Assembly: GCF_006345805.1 (NCBI RefSeq)
Contig: NC_042999.1
Span: forward strand, 53,630,001 to 53,694,000
Reading direction: 5' to 3'
DNA from: Octopus sinensis
Taxonomy: Eukaryota
DNA length: 64,000 nt
In this document: positions 23,501-36,960 of the stretch, in pieces
Layout: each line of letters opens with the position of its first letter
Position numbering within the stretch: the stretch's first letter is position 1
Notes under the pieces: model-generated
Databases searched by the model: none
Seen by the model: only the letters and a program-made list of their open reading frames with translations
Told to the model about the DNA's origin: nothing
Program-made: the position numbers and the translations under genes

Positions 23501-24721
23501 GTCTGTGTATCTCCCTTGTCTACTACTGCATAGTTATACATGAACAACACTAAAAAATAAATATAGCGAAACGACGCAGAAAGTACCACAATGGGTTTAA
23601 GAGACAGGAAAAGACAGCTGATTTACGGGAGACCATGAGCCACGTGATGATGATTACTACCTGCAAACAAGCAAATCACTAAACGTCTCACCAACAAAAA
23701 GTGAAGAAAGAAATAGAAGTGATGTTTAGAGATAGCAAAAAATAAATAAATAAAAACAAATGCAAGCTGATCACCCTCAAGCAGGAGCTAACCGTTGTCA
23801 GTGAGAAACTCCGACATGAGAGGAAAATAACCGAAAATAACAGATGAATTAACTGAGGGAACCTTTTATTCAAGATCGTACTGATTTTCGACTGAAACCT
23901 GACTTTAACCATGCAGAGAGTTTCTACAAGCAGTATGGTTGTACACATCAACTTCACTGCCGAAGAACAGGCAAATAACATCTCCATCAATAACTTAACT
24001 GTCTAAAGACAGCAATTACTAATGTATTACTAGTATTCTAATAGAAATATGTGCAACCTATGTATTGTGCTTCACTATTCTCTATCTTTTTACATCAATT
24101 TTTATCAAGATCTCATGAAAGACGGTGGTTACATAAATTGAATGACTACCAGCTATATAATTCGGTACGAATAAATCATCACATCTAGTTTATTCAAATT
24201 CTGGGACCATTAAACAGTACATATCACAGACAATTTCCTTTTGTCTTTCCATGTAAAATAATGATCCAGTTAGAGTTGCCATACTTAAGGTATTCGATCC
24301 AATAACTCGGAGTAAATTTTCTAAATTTATTCTCTAAAATATATTAGCTTTGTTCACCAGCTCCTGCACAATATTTTTTTTAACTAGCCAAACCCATTAT
24401 ATCAATCTTATTGTTGCCTGTGCAACAAATGATCAAAAGTATACAATAACAATCTATACAATACTTAATACACATATCGGTAGAATTTAATTATATTGAA
24501 ACTGCATCGTCAATATATAATTGCATATTCCTTTCTTCGCATTATTTTGTCCTAATTACGTTACACTATATACAATTAATGTGCACAAAATATAGAGAAT
24601 ATAACACTATTTCTATTTACAAGATTAATTTCAATTCCGTTGCAAATTAAAATCTAACATACACAGCTATTTTGCTAATTCACTTCACTTGCAGACACAC
24701 TAATATATAGAATTTTAATAA

Positions 24722-24931
24722 GGCGGCGAGCTGGCAGAAATGCGTAGCCGTATTTCGTCTGCCGTTACGTTCTGAGTTCAAATCTGCCGCGGTCGACTTT
24801 GCCTTTCATCCTTTCGGGGTCGATAAACTAAGTACCAGTTACGCACTGGGGTCCATGTAATCGACTTAATCCGTTTGTCTGTCCTTGTTTGTCCCCTCTA
24901 TGTTTAGCCCCTTGTGGGCAATAAAGAAATA
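24722..24931 (+). mobile_element. SINE family C with an internal deletion of about 20 bp in the head
   Basis: Matches 46545-46775 but lacks CGTTAGCACGCCGGGCGAAA between two GAAA. Confidence 0.88.
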
Positions 24932-25192
24932 ATATTATATAATTTTAAAATTTCCCACTCCTAAACACTCTACATTCCTTTCTTTCTTCTTCTCTTTCTT
25001 TCTTTCTTTCTTTCTCTCTTTCGCTCTACCTCTTACTTCAACAAACTTTTTAACCGTTTCCTTTACGTCCTTAACATTTCCGTCTTTCTCTTTCTCTTCC
25101 CCTCACACTTCCTCTAACCACGCGATTGACGACGTGATACACCGGTTGGCTATCTACTATCTGACTTTCCCTCTCACACTCTCATTTCGCTT

Positions 25193-25261
25193 CTCACCCA
25201 CTCTATCCTCTCTTACTCACCCACTCTATCCTCTCTTACTCACCCACTCTATCCTCTCTTA
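25193..25261 (+). repeat. 23-bp minisatellite x3 (CTCACCCACTCTATCCTCTCTTA)
   Basis: Three exact tandem copies. Confidence 0.9.
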
Positions 25262-26619
25262 CTCTCTCAAAACAAACTAAAGTATAACGTATGAACGAAC
25301 GAACAAGCAGAATTATAATGCAGATTATTCTTTCGGTACTACTATAGCGTGAACGCGAAAATTTATATTGCACCGAGAATGTCTAACATGATTGAAACAA
25401 GTTTGGTTTTGTTTCCCATCGTTGCTAGAATAATTAAGAATTAGAAATTGACTGATATTGACTCTTCGTCGTGAGACAATTATTTCCAATTATCATTTTC
25501 ATGTTCATTATAACTTTTATATAGCCTTGCTTAATTAACAGTATCTTGCACAGAATATTAAAATGATATTAATAATTAGCCTCACTTCTCTAAGTATTAT
25601 TACTCTAAAAATGATTAATATATAATTTTTGAGTAGTTCGAAATAACGAGATATTATTTACGGAGAAAAATAATGCAGGAACGATGGAAATATATTCTTG
25701 TCAATAAAAAACAGTCAAATTGCCTTCACAGAATTTGTAGTCCTAGATACCGATGGAAAGACAGAATTGTCCCAAGCTAGAATTCTTTATCTAATCACTC
25801 GATCAGTGTTGACTGGAGTACACAACAACAACAGCAAGACCTCTGACTACCATCTCTTTTAACAATAGTATGGAAAATCTAGGGAGAATGAGGGATGTTA
25901 TACTCTTTAAAAGTTCGAGAGTAAAAGTATCAATGGGAATGAGATAATAATATATTTATTCATTTCCTTGTTTCCAAATATATTTTCAAACTCTTCTAAG
26001 TTTTTGCTGGACAAGTTTTAGAAGTAGGATGAAGCAAGTTCTTGTTTCCACGAAGATCTCCGCTTAATATTTCATTTCATTATTTCCTCCAGCTCTTTAC
26101 ATCCTGATTTTAATTTAGGCTGCAGTCAAATTTGCGTTTAATCAGTCCAGGACCGACAAAATGAAGTACCACTCAAGTACTGCAGCCCAATGGTATCTTC
26201 TACTACCCACCCCTGAAATTGCTAATTTTGGGCCTAACTAAGAAACGATCATTTAACTACCATTTACCTGAGTATATATTTCTATTTGGCGCTGTTACTA
26301 TGACCATTGTTTACTTCTAAGTCAGACCTGATAGGAAAAACTTATGAAATGTGTCCCGTTTATGAATATAAAGAAGTACAATATTCGTTTACCCCTTACC
26401 TAATATGTGATAATTTTCTTACATGTAGGCTGTGGTTTAAGAGAGATTTAGCTGCAATCTCCTGCCCATCCTGACAGTCTCCTTTCTCCAAACACACAGT
26501 GTTGACTAAGACTCAACTCTTTAGATATGTCCTGTAGAGTGTTATATCACTGACACGAAACTCTTAACGCACCAATAATTTGATGCTTGATCTTGATGTG
26601 TGGAAAATTGTTAAGCACG

Positions 26620-27215
26620 CAATTACTTTATCCTCTAGTTTCGGTTTCAAATTTTGACAGAAGGCCAGCAACTACAGGGATAGGCAAGTCGATTACATCA
26701 ATCCAAGTACTCAACAGGTACATATTTTATCGACCCCGAAAGAATGAGCGACAACGTCGAGCACGGCGGAATTTGAACTCAGAATGAAAAGACAGACAAA
26801 ATAGCTATTTGTTTACTACCCACAAGGGGCTAAACACAGAGAGGACAAACAAGGACAGACAAACGGATTAAGTCGATTACATCGACCCCAGTGCGTAACT
26901 GGTACTTATTTAATCGCTCCCGAAAGGATGAAAGGCAAAGTTGACCTCGGCGAGAATTTGAACTCACAACGTAGCGGCAGACAACATACCTATTTCTTTA
27001 CTACCCAAAAGGGGCTAAACAAAGAGGGGACAAACAAGGACAAATAAACGGATTAAGTCGATTACATCGACCCCAGTGCGTAACTAGTACTTAATTTATG
27101 GACCCCGAAAGGATGAAAAGCAAAGTCGACCTCGGCGGAATTTGAACTCAGAACGTAACAGTAGACGAAATACCGCCAAGCATTTTGCCCGGTGTGCTAA
27201 CGTTTCTGCCAGCTC
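26620..27215 (-). mobile_element. Three stacked SINE C copies
   Basis: Three consecutive minus-strand bodies; the first two stop at the GAAATACC/GC region of the head where the next copy's tail begins. Confidence 0.85.
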
Positions 27216-27991
27216 ACTGTTTTCGTTTAGCTCTTACTTATACCGCGTTTGCAAGCTGAGTATTTGTGGAGAAATAATAAATTTACTAAGTTGTTGATGA
27301 CGATTCCAAATAATTACCGAAACGTATGCCAGTTTTACTCTCTTTTACTAATCATATTTTATAAAGGAATGTTCGTAACAAACAATATTGACTAAGAAAT
27401 TAAACATATATGTTTGTTCTGTAGTGTACAATAGCAATTAAACGAAACGCTATTAACACACGATTAATTAGTAATTCCTTAATGATTCAACGTATTGATA
27501 CAGGCTTCAAATCGTATCACAGGGCAATCTTGTCTCTCTACCCTCCGGAGAAGAAACATTAGTTTCAGCGAAGCTCGAATAGATACAGCATTTCAGGACG
27601 TCTGACAAAATCAAGAATATGTAATCATGTTTTGAATATATGTTGCCACGTGAAAGGATATATGACACGAAGGACAAGCACTAGCCGTATAAAGACATGT
27701 GTAGTCGTTTGTTACAAATATACATGAGGTTAATATTTAAGCCAGACAAAGTTATGACATCAAAGCATAAGAATATATTAGCATAAGAATATAAAATTTT
27801 ATTAACATACGACTATATAGTCACGTAAAAGTAGACTCATTTGTATTTCTAACTAAAAAATATCTGTTTAAAAGAATGTGAATATATTTTCACAGAAGCG
27901 TAACGTTTGCGTCTGTTGTATTCAAACATTTTGCTTCCTTTTGAAATACAAAAGTTTTATTCCCCTCAAAATATGTGGCATCTATATTACT

Positions 27992-28356
27992 GGAGATGCA
28001 ATGGTCCAGTGATTAGGGCAGCGGACTCGAGGTCGTAGAATCGCGGTTTCGATTCCCAGACCGGGCGTTGTGAGTGTTTATTAAGCGAAAACACTTAAAG
28101 CTCCGGCAGCGGATGGTGGCAAACCCTGCTGTACTCTTTCACCACAACTTTCACTCTTTCTTACTGTTTCTGTTGTACCTGTATTTCAAAGGGCCAGCTT
28201 TGTCACACTCTGTGTCACGCTGGATCTCCCCGAGAAATACGTTAAGGGCACACGTGTCTCTGGAGTGCTCAGCCAGTTGCACTATAATTTCACGAGCAGG
28301 CTGTTCCGTTGACCGGAACAACTGAAACCCTCGTCGTTGTAACCGACGGTGGGCCA
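27992..28356 (+). mobile_element. Chimeric SINE: family B head plus family E tail
   Basis: Head matches 34533 up to about 28175, then the tail matches 3780-3960 (TTCAAAGGGCCAGC...GGAGTGCTCAGCCA...CCCTCGTCG). Confidence 0.85.
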
Positions 28357-29720
28357 CGTCGTCATATTACATATCATTTTATGTTTGAAACAATAGCAAT
28401 GGATTGACGGCTTCTTTTTAATCCAGAATTCCAGAGGTTGTGATTAGTTTTGAAGCTCGTTGAACGACTGTGTGACCAGAGACTGGTGTTCTATCGACAT
28501 AAATCACACAGATTCTGTCACCTCGAGTTGATCAAGATACAGGAATATGAGAAACCACTTTCCAAGAAAATCCAACTAAACGTAGGCCAGTCTGCTTTTG
28601 GACTCTATTTTCAATGAAGCCGATTGTAAGGACTGAAATGTCAACACATCGTAGCAAACCAGTTGCACAGGGTTTCCTTCTACTATCAGCTGCACGAGGG
28701 ATAAGTAGAATGATTAATGAAGATGGAAGAGATAAGATCCGGTTTCATTATTTTTAAGTAATACCCAAAGACAAGAGAGGGAGCAGGAGAGACACATGTG
28801 GGTATCAGGTTTTATAAAGGTTGTATTCTGATTGTTTAACCCTAGGTCAACTTTGATAAAATGAAGCAATGAGCAGAAACGTTCTAACCGTAATCTTTTG
28901 ATCTGCTTTATTCAAAAAATTATATCTTGAAATACTTTGTCCGGCGTGGCCTTTATTTTTTTTATATCGTTTAATGAGATGCTGTTCTTTCTGTGAAGTA
29001 GAAAAACCCATCGCGTTTCCTCGTTGGCTTGGTGAAGGTTGCATTAGCAGTGGGTGTATGCATGAATTCTCTGGAATCATTGGTATGTTAGCATAGAATG
29101 ACTGAGAGATGAAGCAGAATAGAGAAGCAATTTTTAATATGTTTAGTAATGTGACCACAAAATTAGCATACAACAGCTAAATACAAAGAATTATGCAGTG
29201 ACGAACAAAATGCGTTTGATTAATATTATTTGAATAACATGCGAGAAAACGATGGTAATGATTGATTGATTGATTCTAGTTTCAGCTTATGAGCTGTGGC
29301 CATGCTGGGGCACCGCCATAATCTTAATTTTCTACGTAAACAAATGAATACACTTTGTTCAGTTATTCTCTAACAACAATACTCCAAGAACTACACTTAA
29401 GTCCATAATTATTCTCTGATGTATTCATACAGAAACGGAGATGTGTTGAAAAATGAAATAAAATTTTCACTTCAGCACAATTTTTACTAATGAATTATTT
29501 TCATATTATGTGAATTTGATATGATAACATTAAATTAATAAAGAAAAGAACGCGTGTTTAATCGACAGAGCACTCGGGCTTGGTCAATTGTCCCATTCTC
29601 TTCAAATAATTACACGATTATATACATACCAAATATATATATATATATATATAATGTGTGTGTGTGCGTGTGTGCATATATATATATATGTATGTATGTA
29701 TATATATATGTGTGTGTGTG

Positions 29721-29784
<64 letters not shown>

Positions 29785-31373
29785 GGTATGTATGTATGTA
29801 TGTATTATTTATTGATTTCAGTATTCGTATTTGGTGCGTATATGTGTGTGTGTGTGAGTCGGTGCGTGCTGTGTGGGTTGTAATTGTGTGCATGTATGTG
29901 TGTGTGTATACATGTCAAAATGTGAACGTGTAGGCGCACGTGCAAATGGCACTCGACATCTCGGTAATAACTACACTTCTTCCATCAAACCAAATCGAAG
30001 TATTGGTTTCCATTTCCAGATGAAATATTTCAATATTTTAAAGCCGTTAATGGCTTTTAGAAAATAATTGATCCTCGCATGCATGTAGTATGGTAACTTT
30101 TTGAAATATTTTCTACATTCACACAACATTTAGATGCACATACACATGCACATGTACACCGACATACACATCCACGCAAACACACACACACGCACACACA
30201 CACACACACGTCGCAGATAAAGAGAGAGAAATACATGCATACAAGCACCCATTTATATGCGTGAATGTGTACGCATATACACATATATAGATATAACTCT
30301 GTGTGTGTGTGTGTGTTGTGTGTGTGTGTGTGTGCGTACGTGTGTGTGTGCGTGTGTGTGTGCGTGTGTGCTTGTGTGCTTGCATAAATAATACATATAT
30401 GCATATACAGTAGATATCGCGATTCTTCTACATGGCGACAGAAACGAGGGCTCGAAACATCTTATAAAGATTAAATATTTGTATCTAAATTTTGAATCAT
30501 ATTTTCCTTTGAAAAGTGTTTACAGTGTCAATGACTTCTTCAGTTCCGACGCCTAAGAGCCTCTGTAGTGAGGTACGAAGGATTTCTAATTACCACTGAT
30601 TTTAATTGGATGATTAATAAGGATGTTTATCATTGGTCATTTCCAATAATAAGGTAAATACCGTCGGGAAAGCAGCAAATGTACGATGAAATTAAATTTA
30701 TTCGTCAAAAATTCATGTTAAGCTATTAACACAGTTATTGCATACATGTATCAAACACGCACACGAGTGTATTTACAGCTGAATAAATAAATGCCGCTAT
30801 TAAAGTGAAAGATTGTACCTCTTAATTAAATGTGAAGTCAGATATTTTTGCAAAGAGTATACATTTCGACAAGATTCTGTTATTGAACTAGAGGATCCTG
30901 CCCCAACGTTCACCGGATTAAATACAGTTTAATACACTTTAAGCTTTTACCCATTCTGTTACTCCTACTCAGCATAGTTTCTTTAAATCCTCTCCATAAC
31001 GTGTTAAGAACTCAATCTTAAGAATGCTTTTCATTTAAGGTGATAAAATACATAGCTTAAGCTGTTTCAATGGAATTATCTTCTTTTTCATTAGAACATT
31101 TCTTAAAAACATTTTCTTTTTTATTCCTCATATGTTTTGGTTGTTTTTGTTTCTTTCTTTCGGCATATTATCTCAGCGAAAAGATATTTGTTTTAACCTG
31201 AAGGATTACCGGATCATGCACGGTGATCTATACAAACTCATTTGAATACTACTCTGTTCGAACATGAAACTTGAATTAGTTCGTATATTTTCGACCTGAC
31301 GTATTTATTAGTCGCTGAATTAAATGATTTGCTTGCTGATGCTATCAAAAAACGCAAATAATATAATACATAC

Positions 31374-31422
<49 letters not shown>

Positions 31423-31463
31423 TACACATACGCAAACACATAAACACACTTATATACCTCGAG

Positions 31464-31496
<33 letters not shown>

Positions 31497-31560
31497 ATAG
31501 ATAGATAGATAGATGAAACTTACTCGGAGGTGGATGCGTGGTATTCAATCATATAATAAT

Positions 31561-31639
<79 letters not shown>

Positions 31640-31650
31640 TATAAATGTAT

Positions 31651-31900
31651 ACTGGCTTAAGGTGACCCGCTCTACGCGCGGTTGAGATTGTGGTTGTTAC
31701 TTTCCGTTGCTTCCTTATCGCCACATTCTCCCTCTTTGTTTCTCTCTCCTTTCTCTCTCACTTTCCCACTCTCTTACTCTTCCTTTCTCTCGGACTCTCC
31801 CTCGCTTTCTCTATCTATCTCTCTCCCATTTATAAACAACAAAAGATCTTGAGTAAGTTGAGAAAGAAAATATTTTGAAAGATAAATCATAAATATCAGG
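31651..31900 (-). mobile_element. Possible Helitron-like 3' end (degenerate) with CT-rich interior
   Basis: Reverse complement CCGCGCGTAGAGCGG hairpin followed by ...AAGCCAGT (CTAG-like but not exact). No 5' TC end located. Confidence 0.4.
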
Positions 31901-32188
31901 CAGTGACAACGGAAAGTTCTGCTTCAAGGCAGACAGCAAAGCACTAATATTTAAAAGGGACAGACGAACTTACTAGCTGAATAAAAATAAAAAAAACATT
32001 GGAAACCAAAGTTTGAAGGGATAGAATCTGAGGATAGTAGAGTCACCATGGGTGGCATTTCTTAATGACGGACAGTAACATAGTGGCAGTTTAACGGCTG
32101 GCGTACAATTTTGAACTTGATGTAAAAGAAAATTCCTAAACACCCGCTCCTGAAAATTTTAATCCCCTTCCAGCCCCATTTAGACCCT

Positions 32189-32392
32189 AAATATGCACAC
32201 CTATGTTAAAAGTGCTGGCGAGTTTGCATGGCAATTACTTTTATCACATTTTGGTTAATATAACCTGATTTCCTTCGGGTCTACTGAGACCACGTTTTAT
32301 AAGATGAGGAATTTTGTCACAGCTTTCATTTGAGGAAAAAGATAAGTTGCAATGCAAACTCGCCAGCGCTTTTAACATAGGTGTGCATATTT
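32189..32392. mobile_element. MITE-like element with about 55-bp terminal inverted repeats
   Basis: AAATATGCACACCTATGTTAAAAGTGCTGGCGAGTTTGCAT... versus ...ATGCAAACTCGCCAGCGCTTTTAACATAGGTGTGCATATTT. Confidence 0.75.
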
Positions 32393-33496
32393 TCAGCTCA
32401 ACCGACCACATAATGCACACACACTCACACACACACATACACACACACACACACACATTATATATAAGCATTATATATATATGTGTGTGTGTGTGTTTAC
32501 GCATTATATATACAAATGTATACAAATTATATATATATATATATATTTGTAAAAAAGAAGTTTGAAAACGCCACTATATTAGATAAATTTTAATTTTCTT
32601 ATGAATTTTACATGTTTCAGTTCTTGAAAAAACGAACCTTATCAAAAATATTATACATAGTGAAAATTGAAAAGTTCATAATCGTTTCTTACTGTTCTCA
32701 ATAGAATCCATGTGGTGGTGTTTTGTCGGTAGTTGGTATAATCGCTATATTCCTGTTGAGTGTATTGAAGAAGTCCATTATTGTTTCTTGCTGGTATTAA
32801 AAGGAACCGCTTTTTTGTTACCTTGTGTTCCAATGGTAGCAACAGTAGTGATTGTTGGTCGTAGTAGTTGGTCGTAATTTTGGCAACCTTGGTGGTGGTT
32901 GGGGTTAGTAGTAGAGGACTGTTGATCGTAGCAGCAAAAGTATATATATAAATACAGATATATACCCTTTGTATATATACATTATATATACATATTTATA
33001 TATAGAACACACACACATATAAATTAACCCAATGAATATCTGATTCATAATATTTGTTCTCATGATTGTGTGGTGGTGGTCGTGGCGATGATAATTCTCT
33101 CTATGAATGCAGACAGACGTAGAAAAAGAGAGAGAGAGAGAGTGACAGCTTTGGCGAAGGCGGCGGAGGAAAGATAGAGGACGTTATAGAGAGAATGTGA
33201 AGGGAAGGGAGGTAGACGCTGTGAAACGACGTTATAGAGAGAAATTGAAGGGAAGGGAGGAAAAAGGTGAGAGATGGCGAAAGACAGACACATAGAAGAA
33301 TGCGGGTAGACTTATCAATGTGTGCGTTTTTGGCCCTAGCAGCGACACATTTTAAGATGCGGATTTCTAATCTTGCCCACTTGCATCCTCACCTCATTTT
33401 ACATGTGCCTGTAAATTTTGGAGTCGATCCGATGGGATCTAGTGGCCTTTAACCCGTTCTCAATGCCAAAACCAGACAAACTATTTGCATTTCAGA

Positions 33497-33543
<47 letters not shown>

Positions 33544-34332
33544 ATATGCGTGTGTGTGTGTGTGTGTGTGTGGTGTGTGTGTGTGTATGCGTGTGTGTGA
33601 GTGTATATATACATATATATATATGCATATGTGGGCACAGGACTTCATGAAACGTGTACAACAAAAAATACGAAGTATGAGTGGATGGAAAATGAATTGT
33701 TTTCGAACAGCGAAAGACACAAATGGAAAAAAGACAAACAACATAAAGAACGACCCTTCATCAGTTGTTTGCTGCTTTCTACTCTCGTATTTCGAGCATT
33801 TAAAAACAATATACGCTATCGATAAAACAGGAAGGGTTATTAAGCTTAAACAAGGTTGTGGTGGTGAACGCGTAAATCAAGCTTGAACAGGAGACCGACA
33901 AGAATACGTCCTCTTTGTTCCATACGTATGTATGTATATATATGTGTCTGTCTGTATGTATGTATGTATATATGTATGTATGTAGGGAGAGTTTACGAAA
34001 AAAAATGTTTGTATGTATGTATGTGTGTATGTATGTATGTATGTATGTATGTATGTATGTATGTATGTATGCGTGTATGTATATATATATGTATCTATGT
34101 ATGTATATAATAGATCTGGGTTACCCTCAGCCATTTTGTGACCTCTATTAATTTTACCTCTAGGTTCTAATTGCTTGTAATCCTCTTCCATTTTTATTAT
34201 GTGATATGCGCACAGACACAGACACACACACACACATATATATAGCTAGAATTTACAAAACAGCAGAAAAGTCAAGACAGGTGTGTAAACAACAAACAGG
34301 TGTATTAGTTTAACACTCGGGAAGGTGAAAAA

Positions 34333-34370
34333 CTGTTGTACGTTTCGAACCTACGCTCATCAACAGAAAG
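34333..34370 (-). ncRNA. Hammerhead-like motif, second copy of the 17253 family
   Basis: Minus strand CTTTCTG-TTGATGA-GCGTAGGTTC-GAAACGT-A-CAACAG, with a palindromic ACGT stem III and a GUA triplet. Confidence 0.45.
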
Positions 34371-34434
34371 GAATACATGGAAATAAACAGAGAGAGAATT
34401 GAAGAAAGGTATGTATATATGTGTGTGTGTGTGT

Positions 34435-34487
<53 letters not shown>

Positions 34488-34532
34488 ACTGTGTGTGTCT
34501 GTGTGTGTGTGTGTGAGTGTGTCTGTGCGTGT

Positions 34533-34843
34533 GGAGGCGCAATGGCCCAGTGGTTAGAGCAGCGGACTCGCGATTGTACGATCGCGGTTTCGATTCCCAG
34601 ACCGGGCGTTGTGAGTGTTTATTGAACAAAAAAACCTAAAGTTCTACGAAGTTCCGGCAGGAGGTGGTGGGGATCCCTGCTCTGCTCTTTCGCTACAACT
34701 TTCTCTCACTCTTTCTTCTGTTGGCCTGCTCGCTTAGCGAGCGGTGTGGTGTCATTTGAAGGCTAAAACAATGCGAAGCGCATTGTGATCAGCGACGTGT
34801 AGCAACATCTGATAGCCTGGTCGGTCACGGTGATCACGGTGAT
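34533..34843 (+). mobile_element. SINE family B
   Basis: Same head and tail as 10547-10847. Confidence 0.9.
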
Positions 34844-34954
<111 letters not shown>

Positions 34955-35599
34955 TGTGTCTGTGTGTGAGATGTCTAACAATATATCATTACATGTATTG
35001 ATGCGTTCCGAATTGTTTGGCTATTAGACCCCAAAATTGTTGGGGGACACGTTTCCTTGAATCAAATCTACTCTTCATTTTGTTTATATCTGAGTTTTCT
35101 TTTTGTTATATTCATTGAATCCATTACTTGTATTATAGCTTATAAAAAATACGGATTTTGGCAATTGCTTTCTTTTTGTATAAGTCACATATAGCTAATT
35201 ACTAACCAACTCTCTTATTATAAAGAGTATCGATGTTCTTTGTAATTTAAACTATGTCAGATTTTCTATTTTACAGATTCAGAGACAACATTTCTTGAAG
35301 TTGAATAAATATCTTTCTCACCGATGCCCTTAACTCTGCTAAGCCGTTATCAAGTGCATTGTGACCAATAAGGCTTGGTGCTGTCAAAGAGTTAAACCGC
35401 TCCCTGCCTTGTGTGCCAAAATTGGTTTACGTTATGCTTTGTGTATAACATGACGTTCCTTACATATTCCTTGCTCAGCCTGAAAAGTGTCAAGAATATT
35501 ACCCAGTGTCCTTTAACAAAGCCTCCACTACAATCACTACTACCAAACATCAATAAAAAAAATCAGTTAAATCTTATAAATATCAAACTGCAATACACA

Positions 35600-36960
35600 C
35601 TCTGGGTTATAATGCAGCCAGTTGACAAAACCGTTAGTATGCTGAACAAAAAGCGTTTTGTCCGAGTTCCTGTTATGAGTTCAAATTCCACCGAGGTCGA
35701 CATTGTCTTTCATCAGTTCGGGATCGATAAAATAAGTATCAGTTGAGTCCTGGAATCGATGTAATTGGTTTACCCCTACACCGAAATTACTGGCCTTGGG
35801 CCAAAAATTGAAACCAATATATTATGTAATATAATGTAAATGAAATACAGCTCAAATCATTGGATCATTTACAAAGTAGAAATATTTCAATGACATGTGT
35901 TAGTTTGTTCTTTATATACAAACGCACGCACGCACCCCCCACCATACACATATATATATATGGAGAGATACGTGTGTATATCAACACTTACAGTTATTTT
36001 ACATTTCATATATTGCTAGTATTATTGTTTCCATCACAATTTAATAATTTTTACTAAATTATATTTTGTTTCTCAGGATAGAAGCTAAGTTTCCCATACA
36101 TAAATGAATATAAATAAATACTTAAAAAATGCGATGTTGTCAAAGTGAAATAACGTCGACAGATATGCAGTCCTATTGGTATTTATTACAATGGCTACTG
36201 TCATACATCTGTCTTTCAACGGTTCTTCGGTTACAGTGACCTTCAAATATTCCAATTATTTATATAACTCTATATTACAGGTTGTTTAAAAAATAACTGC
36301 CAGTGTTCGCTCGTCACTTTTACAATTGATTCCCATTGTCTTACTTTCAGTTGATGCATTCTTTCTTGGAATTATATTTTAATGAGTCAGTTGTTGGAAC
36401 GTGGTAATTCTGAAATATAAAAAGCCATGAAATGATTAGTTGAGCCGGGAGGCTTCAAATTACAATCAGTAACGAAAGGCGAACAACTCGTCTCTTCTTA
36501 ACCATTTAGCGATCAAATAACAAAAACCCGATCACTAAAGTATTCAATGGTATACGTTCAGTTCAATGATATTGATTTCAAACTTTGGTACAAGGCCAGC
36601 ACTTCCGGAGGACTAGGCAATTCGATTGCTAAGCATTTTGCCCGGCATGCTAATGATTCTGCCAGCTCGCCGCCTTCATCAGTTCAGTGATAATGATGAC
36701 TCTTTCTGAACTCAATATCTTTTGTAGCCATGAACAGGTTGTAATTTTACAAACCAAGGCGGCGAACTGGTAGAATCATTACCGCACTGGGCACAATGCT
36801 TAGCGGCATTTCAACCGTCTTTATGTTCTAAGTTCAAATTCTATCGACGTCAATTTTAGCTTTCATCGTTTCTGGGCCGATGAAATAAGTACCAGTTTTG
36901 TACCGGGGTCGACGTAATCGATTACCCCTTTCCCCGAAATTTCTGGCCTTCTGCCAAAAT
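35600..36960. mobile_element. Older SINE C copies and fragments (about 35600-35820, 36575-36680, 36760-36960) with an alternative tail ending GAAACCAATAT
   Basis: Diverged GAGTTCAAATTCC..GAGGTCGAC..CATC...GATAAAATAAGTA motifs. Confidence 0.7.

Noticed and set aside
25193-25261. Short tandem repeats as a possible CRISPR array
   Set aside because: No spacers, eukaryotic context and no cas genes; no CRISPR-like array anywhere in the window.
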